NCBI RefSeq assembly: GCF_910592395.1
Contig: NC_088308.1
Span: 2,914,001 to 2,978,000 of the forward strand
Direction: 5' to 3'
DNA length: 64,000 nt
DNA from: Lineus longissimus
Lineage: Eukaryota
Shown here: positions 53,901 through 62,015 of the stretch, one piece after another
Layout: every line of letters begins with the position of its first letter
Numbering within the stretch: the stretch's first letter is position 1
The notes under the pieces: model-generated
What the model saw: only the letters and a program-made list of their open reading frames with translations
Database searches by the model: none
Told to the model about the DNA's origin: nothing
Made by a program: the position numbers and the translations under genes

Positions 53901-56900
53901 ACATCCACGCTGCAACAGCAAAAAGCATGAACTAGCTTTGTCTACCAGGCATCGGGTTTGCAGCTAACATGGTGTATCAATCAATCAGCATTTTTGTTAT
54001 GTAATTACCAAAGTAGCTTTCTCTATGTATAGACGGTGATCACCCAAAAAGTCACACTAACGACCTCATTAGAGACGCACATGAATCAACAAAGCCATCA
54101 TAATGTTCCCACAACGAATTTGTTACGCTAATGTCATGCTAGAGAGCAAGAACGATCAGTTTGTTGCTTTCATTCAGTCGAGCTTCTCCGTATTGAGATC
54201 GCTGATGATAGTCAGCAGATGCTCACATTTATATTCCCTTTGAAAGAGAGGCAAGGGAATTTTGATCCATCGTGTCACATGTGACACAAACAGTCATCGA
54301 AGGATTAAAGCACCCAAGTTGCAAATCTACAGGTTGAGACACGTACATTTCATGACATCATTGGAGCCTAACAAATTGTTATCCTCCCTGTCGATCCCTA
54401 AGTGAGAATATCCTCATCCCAAAGCTGTGATGGGCAACAGGGGAACTTCAATTAATTTCAAACTTTCCTATAAAAGTGGGCCAACAAAGTTATCCACTGG
54501 GAATACAGCTTGTCATTCAGCTGCATTAGATTATCAAGACACGTGGACCCTATAATCCACTGAATCCAACATGAATATTACAATGAGGAATAAACCCAAA
54601 GAGAATGTAGGATATACTACTGATACTCGGGTTCGAATCTGAAGATGAAGGCCCGAAGCCAGCAGGTTTCAGCAAGACAACTTAGTTCAGCCAGTCATCA
54701 GATGATCCTCCATGTGCCCACTGAGTTTCTTCGATCAAATGAGAAGGATCCTAAAACGTTCAAATTCCAATGACAGAGCAAGCAATACCAAGGGAATGTT
54801 GGAACTCAAAGAGATCTGCTGTAGGGTTTGAAATCGAAATGCACAGACTTAACAGGTTTCTGCAACACTCCCTTGCTCTGCCATCTGATCTTCCTTCATT
54901 ACCCCACAGCCCAAGAAACTACGAGCATGATCAGCTGAGAGCACAGGATGTCTAGGTTAGATCCACTCAAGACATGTATACCAAGGTAGCAAACAGGTAC
55001 CAATCTTGGAGCAGTGATTCATGAATGAAAACTCCAAGGGATAAACCACTGAAAGAAGCAACTGTTCCGTGAAAGTTTCTGCAGAATGATGATGATGAAT
55101 GATCAAACAGTGTGCGGATGAAAAAGTGTTTTAAAAGTGCATCCGAATCAAATTAGCAAAGAAGAACAGGGTCTAATAGGACCAAAAGTGACAGTTTTAA
55201 TTTGCAGGTATAAGGGTCTCTCAACTTTGGAGATGAACACTGATAGACTCTGAACACTTCTCACTGACACAAGGAAATCCAGCAATTCTGTATGCTAAAG
55301 TTCATCTTTGCACAATATCCTCTCTGTGATGCAAGTTACCTTCCTGTACCAAGCAGTAGTTCCAAGAATGAACTTATCACACACTGAACTGAACTCGAAA
55401 TGATATTTTTAAATGAAACCAAGTCCTCGAAATGGCTCTGCATAGTCACAGCTTCAGCAGGACAGATAAACACACCTCGGGTAAAGGAAACATTGACTGT
55501 CACACCGTGAGAAAGCACACACAAACTATCCAAGGTTTTGCTTCATCAGCGGTCCCCCAGGCTCAGTTATCTATCAGCCAATGCACTTCAGTTAACAACA
55601 CCCTGTCTAGCCAACGATCCTGTTTCCTCAATGCCAAGAGCACAACAACAGAGACAATGCAGCCGGATCCATCCGCACTTGCAGGTTATTGAAAGAACAT
55701 TTGCTCCAGAGCTAAGGAAATTAGCCAGTATCTTGTTGGGGTCTTGTTGGGTTCATCGCCCATCACAGAGGAGCAATCACATCCTGGGTCAAAGTTTCAA
55801 ATTATGTATAAGCTCAAGTATTCTGCTCCGTTACCAAATGTCACTTGAAATCAGTCACCCTACATAAATGAGAGCTGGCGAGACGGTCACACTGCTACTT
55901 TTGAACAAAGCTCCCCTCAATTACAGCCCTTCTGACCAGATGCACCTCTCAGTCACTGACTGCAATGCGTACTTGACTTTCCATGTCAAATTACCCAATT
56001 CATCTGTTCATTTCCCAAGGAATGAGCCCCCAGACTGACCACCTCTAATCAACAGAAAGCCTTGGACCAAGCAGGCTGCTTTCAGCAAAACAACGGAGGA
56101 ACGCAGCAAAGGAACAGACCCTCTATATAATTTCATGGTTCTCCTGATGATTCGAATGTCACATGAAAAAATGTCATCTGACATAAACTTTTTTTCTACT
56201 TTGGGTCAATTCTCAGTAGCTTTGTAAACCGATGCCCCGACACAAAGCTTCCCCTTCTAAAACAGCAATATGGAGTTGTCAAAAAGCCAGAGAGAGTACA
56301 TTCCAGGAACTGCTTGGTGGTCTCTATCCTTTGCCCAACAAAAGATATTATATTTGATCAGTTCAGAGACTGGAACATCTGACATTGCCAAATTATATGA
56401 GGATGTCTTCAGGAGTGTTGCAGTAGCAGCTTGGAGATCAATCCTATTGTGGTTGTTTACAACCACTTCCTTGCACCATTCATCCATAAGATCATTGATC
56501 TTCTTCTTATTTCAAGAGCAGTTACACCCGAGGCTGTTCTACGAATGATTCAGATAGATGTTCTAAATCACAATATAAATTCCCCTCAGTCATGATCTCT
56601 TCTCCAAGATCTGCAGATCACAAGATTTCAGAAATCTGCTCATCTCCAGTTTCCAACTGTCTTGCGGGGCCAATTTGGGCACGAGCAAAACATTTCCCAA
56701 GATTCTCAAAGGTGGCAGGATCAGTAATTACAGAACCTCCCACGATTGGATAGTGGTCTCCTTGGACAAGTCTAATGCATCGTTCCTCCAAATGTTTTTA
56801 GACCAGAAAACTGAAAGTCGGCAACCATTTCCAGCAATTTCTATAGTCGCAAAAGAGAACTGGCATTTCTCATAACCCCCATTCAGCCAATGCAAGCGGA

Positions 56901-59900
56901 AACAGAAACTGACTGAAGCATCTGCAATACTACAATATCATTGTAGCAACATTCTAATATTTGTTGAGCGTGTATCAACAGCAATAGAGAACAGGCCACT
57001 GAGTCAGAATGTTTTGAAAAGCTCGCTTCTCGATGGTTTATCAAATGGATAGAACTAGAACAAGACGCTTGTGAAACCACTTCAGGGATTCAATTTTCTT
57101 GAAAGATTACAAAAGGGACGCCTAAAATCAATTTGTAATGAGCACGAGGCAATTAAAAATGAGTAATAGGTCATCGAGGATGCACAATGACAATTTCCAA
57201 AGATTTCACACAAGCCGCAGAAAAGCGATGAGACTGTGTCTTGTCGGGTTGTTATCTCCTGCCTGACATTCTGACTAAAGACTAGTCGATGTTGAGGCAG
57301 AGCTTGTAAAGCCTGGATATGGTCAAGTCAGGCATGCTATTTTACCTAAGACCGAGACCAAGAATCACTATTTTTCGGCTAAATGGAGGTCTTGCCTCCA
57401 TAGAAAAAAAATTTTCTTGCTCCAGAAGGAACTTCTGTTGTGAACAACTGCAGGCTTCCAGCCATGCTTGTGTAGGAGGAAGAAAGCATGAAGCATGGCA
57501 ACCATCTATAACACATTGTAATGCAATCCTTCATTGGTCCTGCAGGTAGGTATGTGGTACTAACCATCTCTTTCAACAACCTTCCCTACGAAAATAATTT
57601 TCGCATTTGATTTGGTGTAAACAAAACCAATGTCAAGGCAAGTTATTAAACTGATTGCTGTACATAATGAAATATAGTTTTTATGCAACTAGTGCAAACT
57701 AGCTGTTCTTTGAAGGGGTCCCTTTAAAAGTTTGTTTATGACACTATTATTCAGCAATTATTTCCCAGCTATTAGGCTATTATCTATTTGGCGCCCATAC
57801 TGCTAGGAATGACAAGTGTGGTCCACTTCTTAGAAACAGATTCAGGTGTATATTTTGCTCTGTACCAAATTTCCAACTAAAAAACACAGCATCCTGGTTT
57901 AGGACCAAATGATATTTGAACTGTGACCTTCCCTTGGCAATTTTATTGAAGTTTAATACTGCATGACACACTGAGCAAACAGTTTTGTTGTTAGTCATCT
58001 GAAGTTATGTTGTCAACAGTCCAAAGGAGAAGTTGAGGAGGCTGATGGTGTTTCATCATGTTGACAACAATGTAGCAAGATTGGAATTTGTTAGAGTACA
58101 TAATTATGTACACTGCGGTGCTTTTCCCAAGAGTGACTGCACAGAAAATCCACATCGTAGGAAGCTTGATTGTGCAATATGCCAAGGAGGTCAATAGATT
58201 TCTTTCTGTTTCTCATGATGTTGCAGACACATGCATTTACTCTTTCCCGAGACATCTTCTTTGACATCAGTTTGCTACTATTTTCCCATTGGGGAAAGTG
58301 ATGAGCTGGGAATGGCAGCTAAGTCCAACCACGGGAGAAGTACAAAGTTAGTTTGAAGTTGTAGCCATGCAGATTTACCTCCACCAAAACTGCCCAAAAC
58401 AAGTCTCTCGAATCAATGTCCAGCACACTTTTCTGGCAGCCATCCATGAGAAAAGTGCAGAACACTATGGTGTGATTGATTTTCATAGGGAATGGGGAAA
58501 AGAAAAGCATTGATTGCCCCGCAGACACACTAAAGTAAGCCTATACAAACCATTATTGAAGTATTAGACCCTTCCGAGTTTTGTAAGACATTTTCGCACC
58601 ATGTGACGCAATGGGGTCAACATAATTGGCGCTCTTCTTATAATCACAAGGCGTTCTTCAGAGCATAATAGCAGGCAATTCATCGCTGTTTAACTCTGAT
58701 TGTGCGGTTTTGAAAACAGCCATTCTTATAATTTTGAATCAAATTTAGGTTGGATTCAAGAAGTAAATGGTTTCGGGCTTCAAGTGTTCCCTCGTCACAA
58801 ATCAAGTTAAGATTTAGACATACCAACTCACACCCCACATTTCAATCATGCAATCTATTCCCAGGAGTAATTAATTGCTTTAAAAAGTTCCCTAATCATC
58901 CATCAATGTGCTTGCAAGTGCATGCAAGTGCCCACCTTCTCCTAAACACAAGTTGCCTGCACACAGTCGGCATAACAACATGAATAGTAGGCCTTAATAG
59001 TTGGTCCCTGCAAGGTCTTAACAATGTGCATGATCCTAACAAAAGGCCTAAAGGACATCATTCCCTTAAATTTGTTTTCCTATCGACTTTTAGAAAAGTT
59101 ACTGAACTCAAACCAATGTCATTACTCCAAGAGGCCTATCCTTAGAAAAGAAATGTCTGTTAATCCCCGACAAGTTTATGGTGAGCCACTGTGAAAATAG
59201 GCAGGGTGGACTCAAGTTACTTTTTGATCTGAAGGAGGATTTTTCGAGGGGGACTGCCGAGCCTCTCTCCCTGTCAAAAATGATGCTGTGGGTTTCACCG
59301 TTTCAGAAGGCATAAGGCATTTGTGCTTCGTAACAGTGTCTTTTGTTTTGTTTGCCATCCAGCAGATAAGACAGTCACCAACGAATTGAAATTATCAAGT
59401 TTTAAATAGATATCGACTTACTTCTCAACGAGTTCAAGATGCAAAAGGTATCACCAGTAAAGAGATATCGATCACTCCGAGATCGATCAATAGGAAAGTA
59501 TGGGCTACATGTGCTGGCCTTTTTTTCACCAGAAGATCAGATTATAACTGTAACTCACCTTTTTCCATTGCTGATGCCAGGGCTGCCCGACTCATAGTAG
59601 AATCCAGGAATAAGGCCATAGTCTGCTAAAATCTTCAAAGAAGCTCTCGTGGGAGGTTCGATTTTAAATCTGGTCGGTAAAGATCGATTTTTCTTGCCGA
59701 AAAAGTTGAACTTTTTCGGCATCTTCGGACCTCACAACCGTCAGTCCTTATCTCTCAAGTGTACATATCCTTGGGTAATTAATTGGTATACGATTTGTAC
59801 ATCCTCATCACTGACGTTGCCGACTACATTATAATTACCAACTAACACTAACACCAGCCTACTACATGGATCGATTTCCTGTCTGTAAACATACATGTAG

Positions 59901-61663
59901 CTCCTATTCCAGGGAAAACGGTGTATAAACTAGCCAACTCACAAACACATAGAATAACACTGAACTGGTAGACTGACCAATGTAATTGGGCTTAAAACAG
60001 AGGCCAAATATAAGCTTCTACACGGCCGAACAGTGAAGACCAGACTTGTGTACAAGTTTAAAATCCAAACCTTGTCCACACCAATGGTAAAATCCACACC
60101 TGATTATGCAATCCCTGAACAACACTAAACTGTCATTGATCCACAAGGGACAATCAAAGACCCCTGTAAGTGGCCCTTTCTTCACAGGGCTCAGCCAATT
60201 AGAACTTCACACAAAGAGACAGGTTTAGATGGGGAAAAGTCAGCATGGGGGATCTGAAGTTGCTGGTGCCATTGTTTCTGATGAAATGATACATGGCCTA
60301 ACCTGGGCTCATTACCCAAGCTCTGGGCATATAGGGGTGATTATTACTGATGTGCCATTAAATAGTAGTTTACAACAATTTACCCATTGGCCAGTACTAC
60401 TTCTACATCAAATCACACAATAACAGTAGTTAACGGTTGTTTAGAAATGTACGTCAATGTATATAGGTACTGTTTAGAAATGTACTAAAGATATGGTTAA
60501 CCCTTACGCTTAGATTTGAATGGGCCTCCAACAGGACTCAGGAGTACGACACAATGTACACTGGACATCTGAAGTGATTTTTTAGAAAAAAGCATTGTGG
60601 TTTGAAATGTTGACAGCAGATTGCAACTGATTAGCATCCTAATTGTCAAATTACTGCTACAAATTGGAAGGCCTTTGCACCAGAACATTGAGCCAAACAC
60701 ACATAGTACACGTTACGCAGTAATTTGCTGTATTTTGTGAGGTTATGCCAAACAACTGACCCAATTAAGCAATTTGTATCAATTTTGAAAGTTATCAATT
60801 ATTAGAAAATATTTGTAGATCAAAGCAAATATTCAGAGCTATAAACTATGCAACATTTATGAAATATGAAACAGTGATGAACACAAAATGACACTCAAAT
60901 ACTGCCATGGAGACAACCCAATTTACCGCATTTTACGGTCAATTACCAGATTCAGAATCTCAAAATACAGAAGTCCACTTCCGTTCTTTTGACCATTGAA
61001 GTTGAGCAAACTGTAAAGAGCTCCACCCATCCCATCAGGCCAAATGAAGAAAATAAAGCATTCACTGCGAAACATTAGAAATGGAACATCACACATGTCA
61101 TTGGAAGAAATCATGGTCCAAGGAACTTCTCAGGGCATAATACATGATGTTCTTATGGGCTCCTGACTACTTCCCAATTTTGGGCATCTGGGAAAGCAAT
61201 TAGATGAGACCTGAAAATGCTTCTTTGCACTGCCTGACCCTGAAACAAGCACCCATCAGGAGCAATATGCAATAATATTTATGACCTAGAGTAATAACAG
61301 GAGTACTTGTATGCTCTCTAACCAGTGCAGTTGGTTTCACATACGTACCGAGAACTACATGTACGAGTATGGCAGATCCAACCCATTTGATGGACACTTT
61401 GCTAGGTTTTGGGACCTGTCAAATAATATCCTTGCTGCCCTTGCTGACAAACTGTTGTGTTAAATCATATACGGAGGGTGTTGCCCCAGCAATGAAGCTC
61501 CACCCCACACTGAGCTATCCAGAGAAAAGGGTCTTTACTTTTCAATTCAAATGGAGTGCTGTCACCTATCATAGGCTATTGAAAGAACTAAATCTTACCT
61601 CTCCTCATTGATGTCCATGGTCTCCATCTCCAAGGTCACGTCGGCAATCTCATCTTTGAGTTG
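24241..61663 (-). CDS. CYTH: Cytohesin (Sec7 + PH Arf guanine-nucleotide exchange factor), 5'-partial multi-exon CDS: join(61663-61599,45608-45542,42862-42744,42342-42262,40520-40408,40223-40075,39926-39815,26130-26054,25381-25231,24798-24729,24316-24241)
   Basis: Eleven exons with GT-AG boundaries and matching phases give one continuous frame: [14 protein letters not shown]...[16 protein letters not shown]...[14 protein letters not shown]...[15 protein letters not shown]...[18 protein letters not shown]...[30 protein letters not shown]...[19 protein letters not shown]. These are cytohesin-family motifs. Confidence 0.98.
24729..24798 (-). CDS. CYTH: Cytohesin PH exon ([24 protein letters not shown])
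   Basis: ttcag / AA|gtatgt; 70 nt; PH C-terminal helix Trp. Confidence 0.96.
25231..25381 (-). CDS. CYTH: Cytohesin PH exon ([50 protein letters not shown])
   Basis: tgcag / G|gtgagt; 151 nt. Confidence 0.98.
26054..26130 (-). CDS. CYTH: Cytohesin PH exon ([26 protein letters not shown])
   Basis: tccag / ACC|gtaagt; 77 nt; phosphoinositide-binding basic motif. Confidence 0.97.
28412..28486. repeat. Imperfect (GAT)n microsatellite
   Basis: gatgatgat runs seen directly. Confidence 0.85.
28911..28979. repeat. Compound (TGC)n(TGA)n microsatellite
   Basis: tgctgctgctgctgatgatgatgatgatgatgatgatga seen directly. Confidence 0.9.
30709..30723 (-). CDS. CYTH: Candidate 15-nt alternative microexon of cytohesin (GGGCATCAAAGCTGA; gives KQG-ASKLS-GRY)
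   Basis: Minus strand reads cttttctcttcttctccaacttgaccactacag|GGGCATCAAAGCTGA|gtaagt: long pyrimidine tract, CAG acceptor, consensus donor, length divisible by 3, no stop in phase 1. Confidence 0.75.
   Translation of the reverse strand, partial: GHQS
32263..32469 (-). repeat. DIRS 3' (right) inverted terminal repeat plus terminal extension (32263-32305)
   Basis: Matches the 5' ITR over 32306-32469; the unique extension ends ...aggaaatgggaattt and carries AATAAA at 32296-32291. Confidence 0.95.
32520..32616. repeat. DIRS internal complementary region (ICR)
   Basis: 32520-32578 is the reverse complement of the element end 32263-32321; 32577-32616 is the reverse complement of 39004-39043; the two halves meet at a TTTT run. 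Confidence 0.95.
33076..35982 (-). CDS. DIRS ORF3: tyrosine recombinase with a long N-terminal extension overlapping ORF2
   Basis: Core-binding region [17 protein letters not shown]; catalytic motifs ATAQRRSEL (R), KNQ (K), CPVRAL, AHEIR (HxxR), ATW and FSQHY (W, Y). First ATG at 35973. Confidence 0.95.
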   Translation of the reverse strand: MGRMVSKRLPSPGHAPARGSPRFCPSSPNDIDSPPGITPRGPGQGRSPSVRGQLPPPEGGCHGGGRPLLPGLLQPHLLGSEEVGKMEIGHRPVQPEPVPQGTQFQDGNNKVSGNSGAARRLGRLHGLAGCVFSHPSPSRLSTFPSLLLRRQNLSVSGLAFRPGFRSAYFHNRRQGVRRPVSRFGLQAPLLLRRLAAALPIPSPSSQADSVLAQDGDPGRVDNKLRKIRARPVSGFCLRGSTFPYQRGPHVPTSGPGHQDPVSDSGFPSSRQRHSQTVPVPAGPAQFGGGPGSSRSPVYAPPPAPPTLELAPLLGPTRSSSSTPFHATGGRLEVLGDGDGAPPRGAAPSVTPPDVPLHGRLPLRMGGSPERGRPDHQGHVVRGGVSPFDQYSRNAGCHPSREGLFVPVTGSQGISVLRQLDCRRLYSETRGNEVRHSVSSDMGPPTILSSAGHPALPPSHPRQEEHPGGCSLQSRSLSPDRVDPPSGDCVPAGRDVGCADCGPFRHSPQQEIHPVLLPSPGRRGLGSRQPVGLLGRPQCLCIPANPSVAAGSEQSGLIARQALPDRPLLAEPSLVPGVAGAPDGPPPQIAGVGPPAISPDRPGLPSGPFFLQASRLETIGHFLRERGFSEDVIRKVAQPQRQSTLTSYDSKWLVFRDWCGEHGVSPIAPTLPNFLDFLNFLFTVRKFSVQGVKGYRSAIAVTLRLTGSWQPAWDDALSSLLRNMSLERPRSLHCVPKWDLSVVLRALMRFPFEPLHLADRKHLTFKTVFLVALATAQRRSELHALAFDKLAFNERGAVLEFVPGFIAKNQAPSTSRRPVLIPSLSRVVSRDLPDRTLCPVRALRFYVDKTKDPAVRLGRKRLFLSYREGFTREIAPATVARWLVATIRQAYSMTLQSPELRRLGSVTAHEIRAISTSWAEYRGVALNEVLEAATWSSHSTFSQHYMRDCSVMTDGMLSLGPIVAAQHVV
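33951..36365 (-). CDS. DIRS ORF2: reverse transcriptase + RNase H + DNA N6-adenine methyltransferase-like domain
   Basis: [44 protein letters not shown]. RNase [52 protein letters not shown]. First ATG at 35943. Confidence 0.96.
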   Translation of the reverse strand: MRGTLLPPDRPPARVPLHGPRAGDVSRSLDAPGVRRPLVGPRPRRAPPGLFVPEGRQKLRLQPAPPISATAPQVRAEVAGSPSAPSGHNSGRVAGAGVGDLSPSPRALIGDTPSDSVVGGRLRHFAAFWVGWCQKGSPVPDMLRHGVRLDFAHPPPTTSTPHPVLPPVDPARAEALRSEVNSLLQKEAVTVVEDHSSPGFYSHIFLVPKKSGKWRLVIDLSSLNRFLRVPSFRMETTRSVATAVQPDDWAVSMDLQDAYFHIPVHPDFQHFLRFYFEGKIYQFQALPFGLASAPLIFTTVVRAFAAPFHALGFKLHCYLDDWLLRCQSRPRLLKQTRFLLKTATQAGWITNLEKSELDPSQDFVFVGVRFRTREGLMSPPQDRVTKIRSLIRAFRRRDSATARQFLSLLGLLNSAADQVPLGRLYMRPLQLLLLSSWRPFSDPLDRAVALPSMLLEDVWRFWGTGTELLRGVQLRPLPPQMSLFTDASLFGWGAHLNEGDLTTKGTWSGEESRLSINILEMQAVILAVKAFSSRLRGHRVSLFSDNSTVVAYIRRQGGTRSDTLCRLTWDLLQFCRRLDIQLFPRHIPGKRNILADALSRADRLVQTEWTLHQEIVSRLAGMWDAPIVDLFATRLNKRFTLYYSPLPDDEALGVDSLSASWDGLNAYAFPPTPLLLPVLNKVASSRVRLCLIAPCWPNQAWFPVLLELLTDHPRRLPEWDRLLYHPIGRVYHQDPSFYRLHAWRLSGISSEREAFRRTLSEKSLSLRDSLPLHHTTVSGSSFETGAESTEFLRSLPLFPTSSIS
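36067..38574 (-). CDS. DIRS ORF1, gag-like protein (Pro/Ser-rich N-half, helical LAP2alpha-like C-terminal part, Arg/Gly-rich tail)
   Basis: 840-codon open frame (first ATG 38574) in the ORF1 position; [12 protein letters not shown]...APLGGPFLF resembles the DIRS gag C-terminus; true start uncertain. Confidence 0.82.
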   Translation of the reverse strand: MLALPLLLASFLSLLGFPALLLGLLPFWVFRCPGAGVSGIISPRPGSSPARQSAPSDSATAVSSAAGTLPSASPAPRPSKKQKPTRRGPRKSGAASSKSPSAVSSQRGRGPRSSGAVSAPDSGARAGHPPFGGVPPGFSPRLSAGDPLIGAPPREIGSSPLSQGVEVSGTLDALRPDPLGVEHTPLEADLLIQELLRLPAVESLVTSKPPPGRVSSALPRRDPPAAALGRPPSSSGLDVPPAVSSVVTVSSDHTVTSDRSEATGRIPSGYEAWQAAHPNFRPLLRTSTASPWVTADSGVTPPVLPPPLVSHGGDLPPWGRGATMGHYVRSRDPRVCPDVGRVRPTISPVRPRPSLSGSAGLSSTPFVVSSPPPSLPAPGMSRQDPRPIAPGLTAQQRQVLQSLAAHLETKNLSDRAPQQQAGRPVAFELPQVPMEVDYQFDESQSSIGQAPQADCPSGTEDPTIVAGMRDLRALVRQFVPTEHCPLPPVNPALGRAPFDLFGDADEPDLAAVPDRALDELPPSPALIRASHWLDSTLRDTAPSCGGHQRSLVSTLPSTGPGAWTKAGKRFTATSPHSPSYRPEYYRVSPSGTDPVSLIPLRDDVQLAGLVVPKVLTSAPMRDAKNDEALAKETQSVLSYADLTLCALSRSLAADATDEQRILAMSLQQSLQHASDLAAKQAANAVLKRRDLLIEGLSVVRAQFLRGALRTAPLGGPFLFHDSLPDTLGAQRESDKSREGDPPPPRQAPRPRSSSWSAGRGRQPEFRRPRGASASRGPSASQGSSGSFRPRGQTEAAAPARPSNKRHRSSGQGGGGGQPKRPFRPQQRKGRGGRRR
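38863..39044 (-). repeat. DIRS 5' (left) inverted terminal repeat
   Basis: 38863-39026 is the reverse complement of 32306-32469 (164 bp, no mismatch seen by eye); the element starts tttatgtcgttcatactctacccagg. Confidence 0.96.
39815..39926 (-). CDS. CYTH: Cytohesin exon, Sec7-PH linker and PH strand beta1 ([38 protein letters not shown])
   Basis: tgcag / G|gtgggt; 112 nt; ends in phase 1 inside the first Gly of the GG loop. Confidence 0.97.
40075..40223 (-). CDS. CYTH: Cytohesin Sec7 exon ([49 protein letters not shown])
   Basis: tgcag / ACA|gtaagt; 149 nt; [11 protein letters not shown] motif. Confidence 0.98.
40408..40520 (-). CDS. CYTH: Cytohesin Sec7 exon with catalytic glutamate finger ([37 protein letters not shown])
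   Basis: tccag / G|gtaaac; 113 nt; FRLPGE motif. Confidence 0.98.
40867..41160. repeat. Diverged direct repeat (two copies of about 90 bp)
   Basis: accacttt..gttcagtttcaa...atgcacccaagg...acctgg at about 40867-40951 and 41063-41159. Confidence 0.7.
41817..42032. repeat. Degenerate tandem repeat (gagtactagcaagtaggctacaggctatttcaa-like units)
   Basis: About 4-5 diverged copies visible. Confidence 0.65.
42262..42342 (-). CDS. CYTH: Cytohesin Sec7 exon ([26 protein letters not shown])
   Basis: tccag / AG|gtatgt; 81 nt; phases fit both neighbours. Confidence 0.96.
42744..42862 (-). CDS. CYTH: Cytohesin Sec7 exon ([39 protein letters not shown])
   Basis: tgcag / AG|gtgagt; 119 nt; [13 protein letters not shown] motif. 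Confidence 0.97.
45542..45608 (-). CDS. CYTH: Cytohesin exon, start of Sec7 ([22 protein letters not shown]), phase 2 to 0
   Basis: tgcag acceptor, AAG|gtgaga donor; 67 nt; FNMDPKK motif. Confidence 0.96.
45794..45867 (-). CDS. Candidate alternative first coding exon ([25 protein letters not shown])
   Basis: ATGG start, 24 codons, consensus AG|gtgagt donor in phase 2, 185 nt upstream of the Sec7 acceptor. Confidence 0.5.
48263..48384 (-). CDS. Candidate alternative first coding exon ([41 protein letters not shown])
   Basis: 40 codons, AT|gtgagt donor in phase 2. Confidence 0.4.
49393..49565. mobile_element. Small MITE (Harbinger-like) carrying an 11-bp minisatellite
   Basis: Perfect 18-bp inverted repeat gtgtacactagtaaaata (49399-49416) / tattttactagtgtacac (49542-49559); TAA on both flanks; interior (AAAATGTTGGT)n. 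Confidence 0.75.
49975..51039 (+). mobile_element. Non-autonomous Helentron/DINE-1(HINE)-like element; 5' boundary approximate
   Basis: (CAGA)n tract at about 50922-50980, then a 3' hairpin tagctcagc-ttttca-gctgagcta (51012-51035) and an A-run, the usual layout of these elements. Confidence 0.6.
52298..52464 (-). CDS. Candidate alternative first coding exon ([14 protein letters not shown]...[10 protein letters not shown])
   Basis: 55 codons, TG|gtatgt donor in phase 2. Confidence 0.4.
53287..53453 (-). CDS. Candidate alternative first coding exon ([56 protein letters not shown]); further in-frame ATG at 53483
   Basis: 55 open codons, acidic/Ser-rich composition, TG|gtatgt donor in phase 2. 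Confidence 0.55.
55340..55443 (-). CDS. Candidate alternative first coding exon ([35 protein letters not shown])
   Basis: 34 codons, AG|gtaact donor in phase 2. Confidence 0.4.
59559..59722 (-). CDS. Candidate alternative first coding exon of cytohesin ([55 protein letters not shown])
   Basis: aagATG, 54 open codons, then consensus AG|gtgagt in phase 2, in frame with the 45608 exon. Confidence 0.65.
61599..61663 (-). CDS. CYTH: Cytohesin exon, end of coiled coil ([21 protein letters not shown]), phase 0 to 2
   Basis: Pyrimidine tract + tacag acceptor, AG|gtaaga donor; 65 nt; joins the 45608 exon in frame. Confidence 0.92.
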
Positions 61664-62015
61664 CTGTAAACAAGAAAAGAGAAAATTTTCAAGTCCGAGA
61701 GATAAAGGGCGGTTAGTGGAAACTGTCGAAGTCTTTGGTTCGCAAAAATGCAGACAGCAGGGCACATCCTACAAGAATGTCCCCAACATCGGGATTCGTG
61801 ACACCACATCTGGCCCTGAAGGCACTGCGTCAAAAAGAAAAGGTGGTCAAAAAGGCCATGGTAATTTTAGTACGATAAATGGATTTTGAAAGGGTTAAAC
61901 AATCTTCTGAAGTATAATACTCAGAATAATCGGTGCATTGGAGATCAGCTTAGTGCTTAAAACCAAAGCATAATTTTAAGTACCAAACAGGTGTCATCAA
62001 GTGTCTCCAGAGTAT

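Noticed and set aside
58824..58849. Very short ATG-to-phase-2-donor ORFs (MIEMWGVS; also one near 54982-55022)
   Set aside because: Too short or donor too weak to distinguish from chance
59416..59460. Strong minus-strand donor GAA|gtaagt inside the first-exon array
   Set aside because: Its phase-2 frame meets a stop before any ATG. Donors near 47563, 53238 and 51853 also fail. Recorded as counter-examples to the array model.
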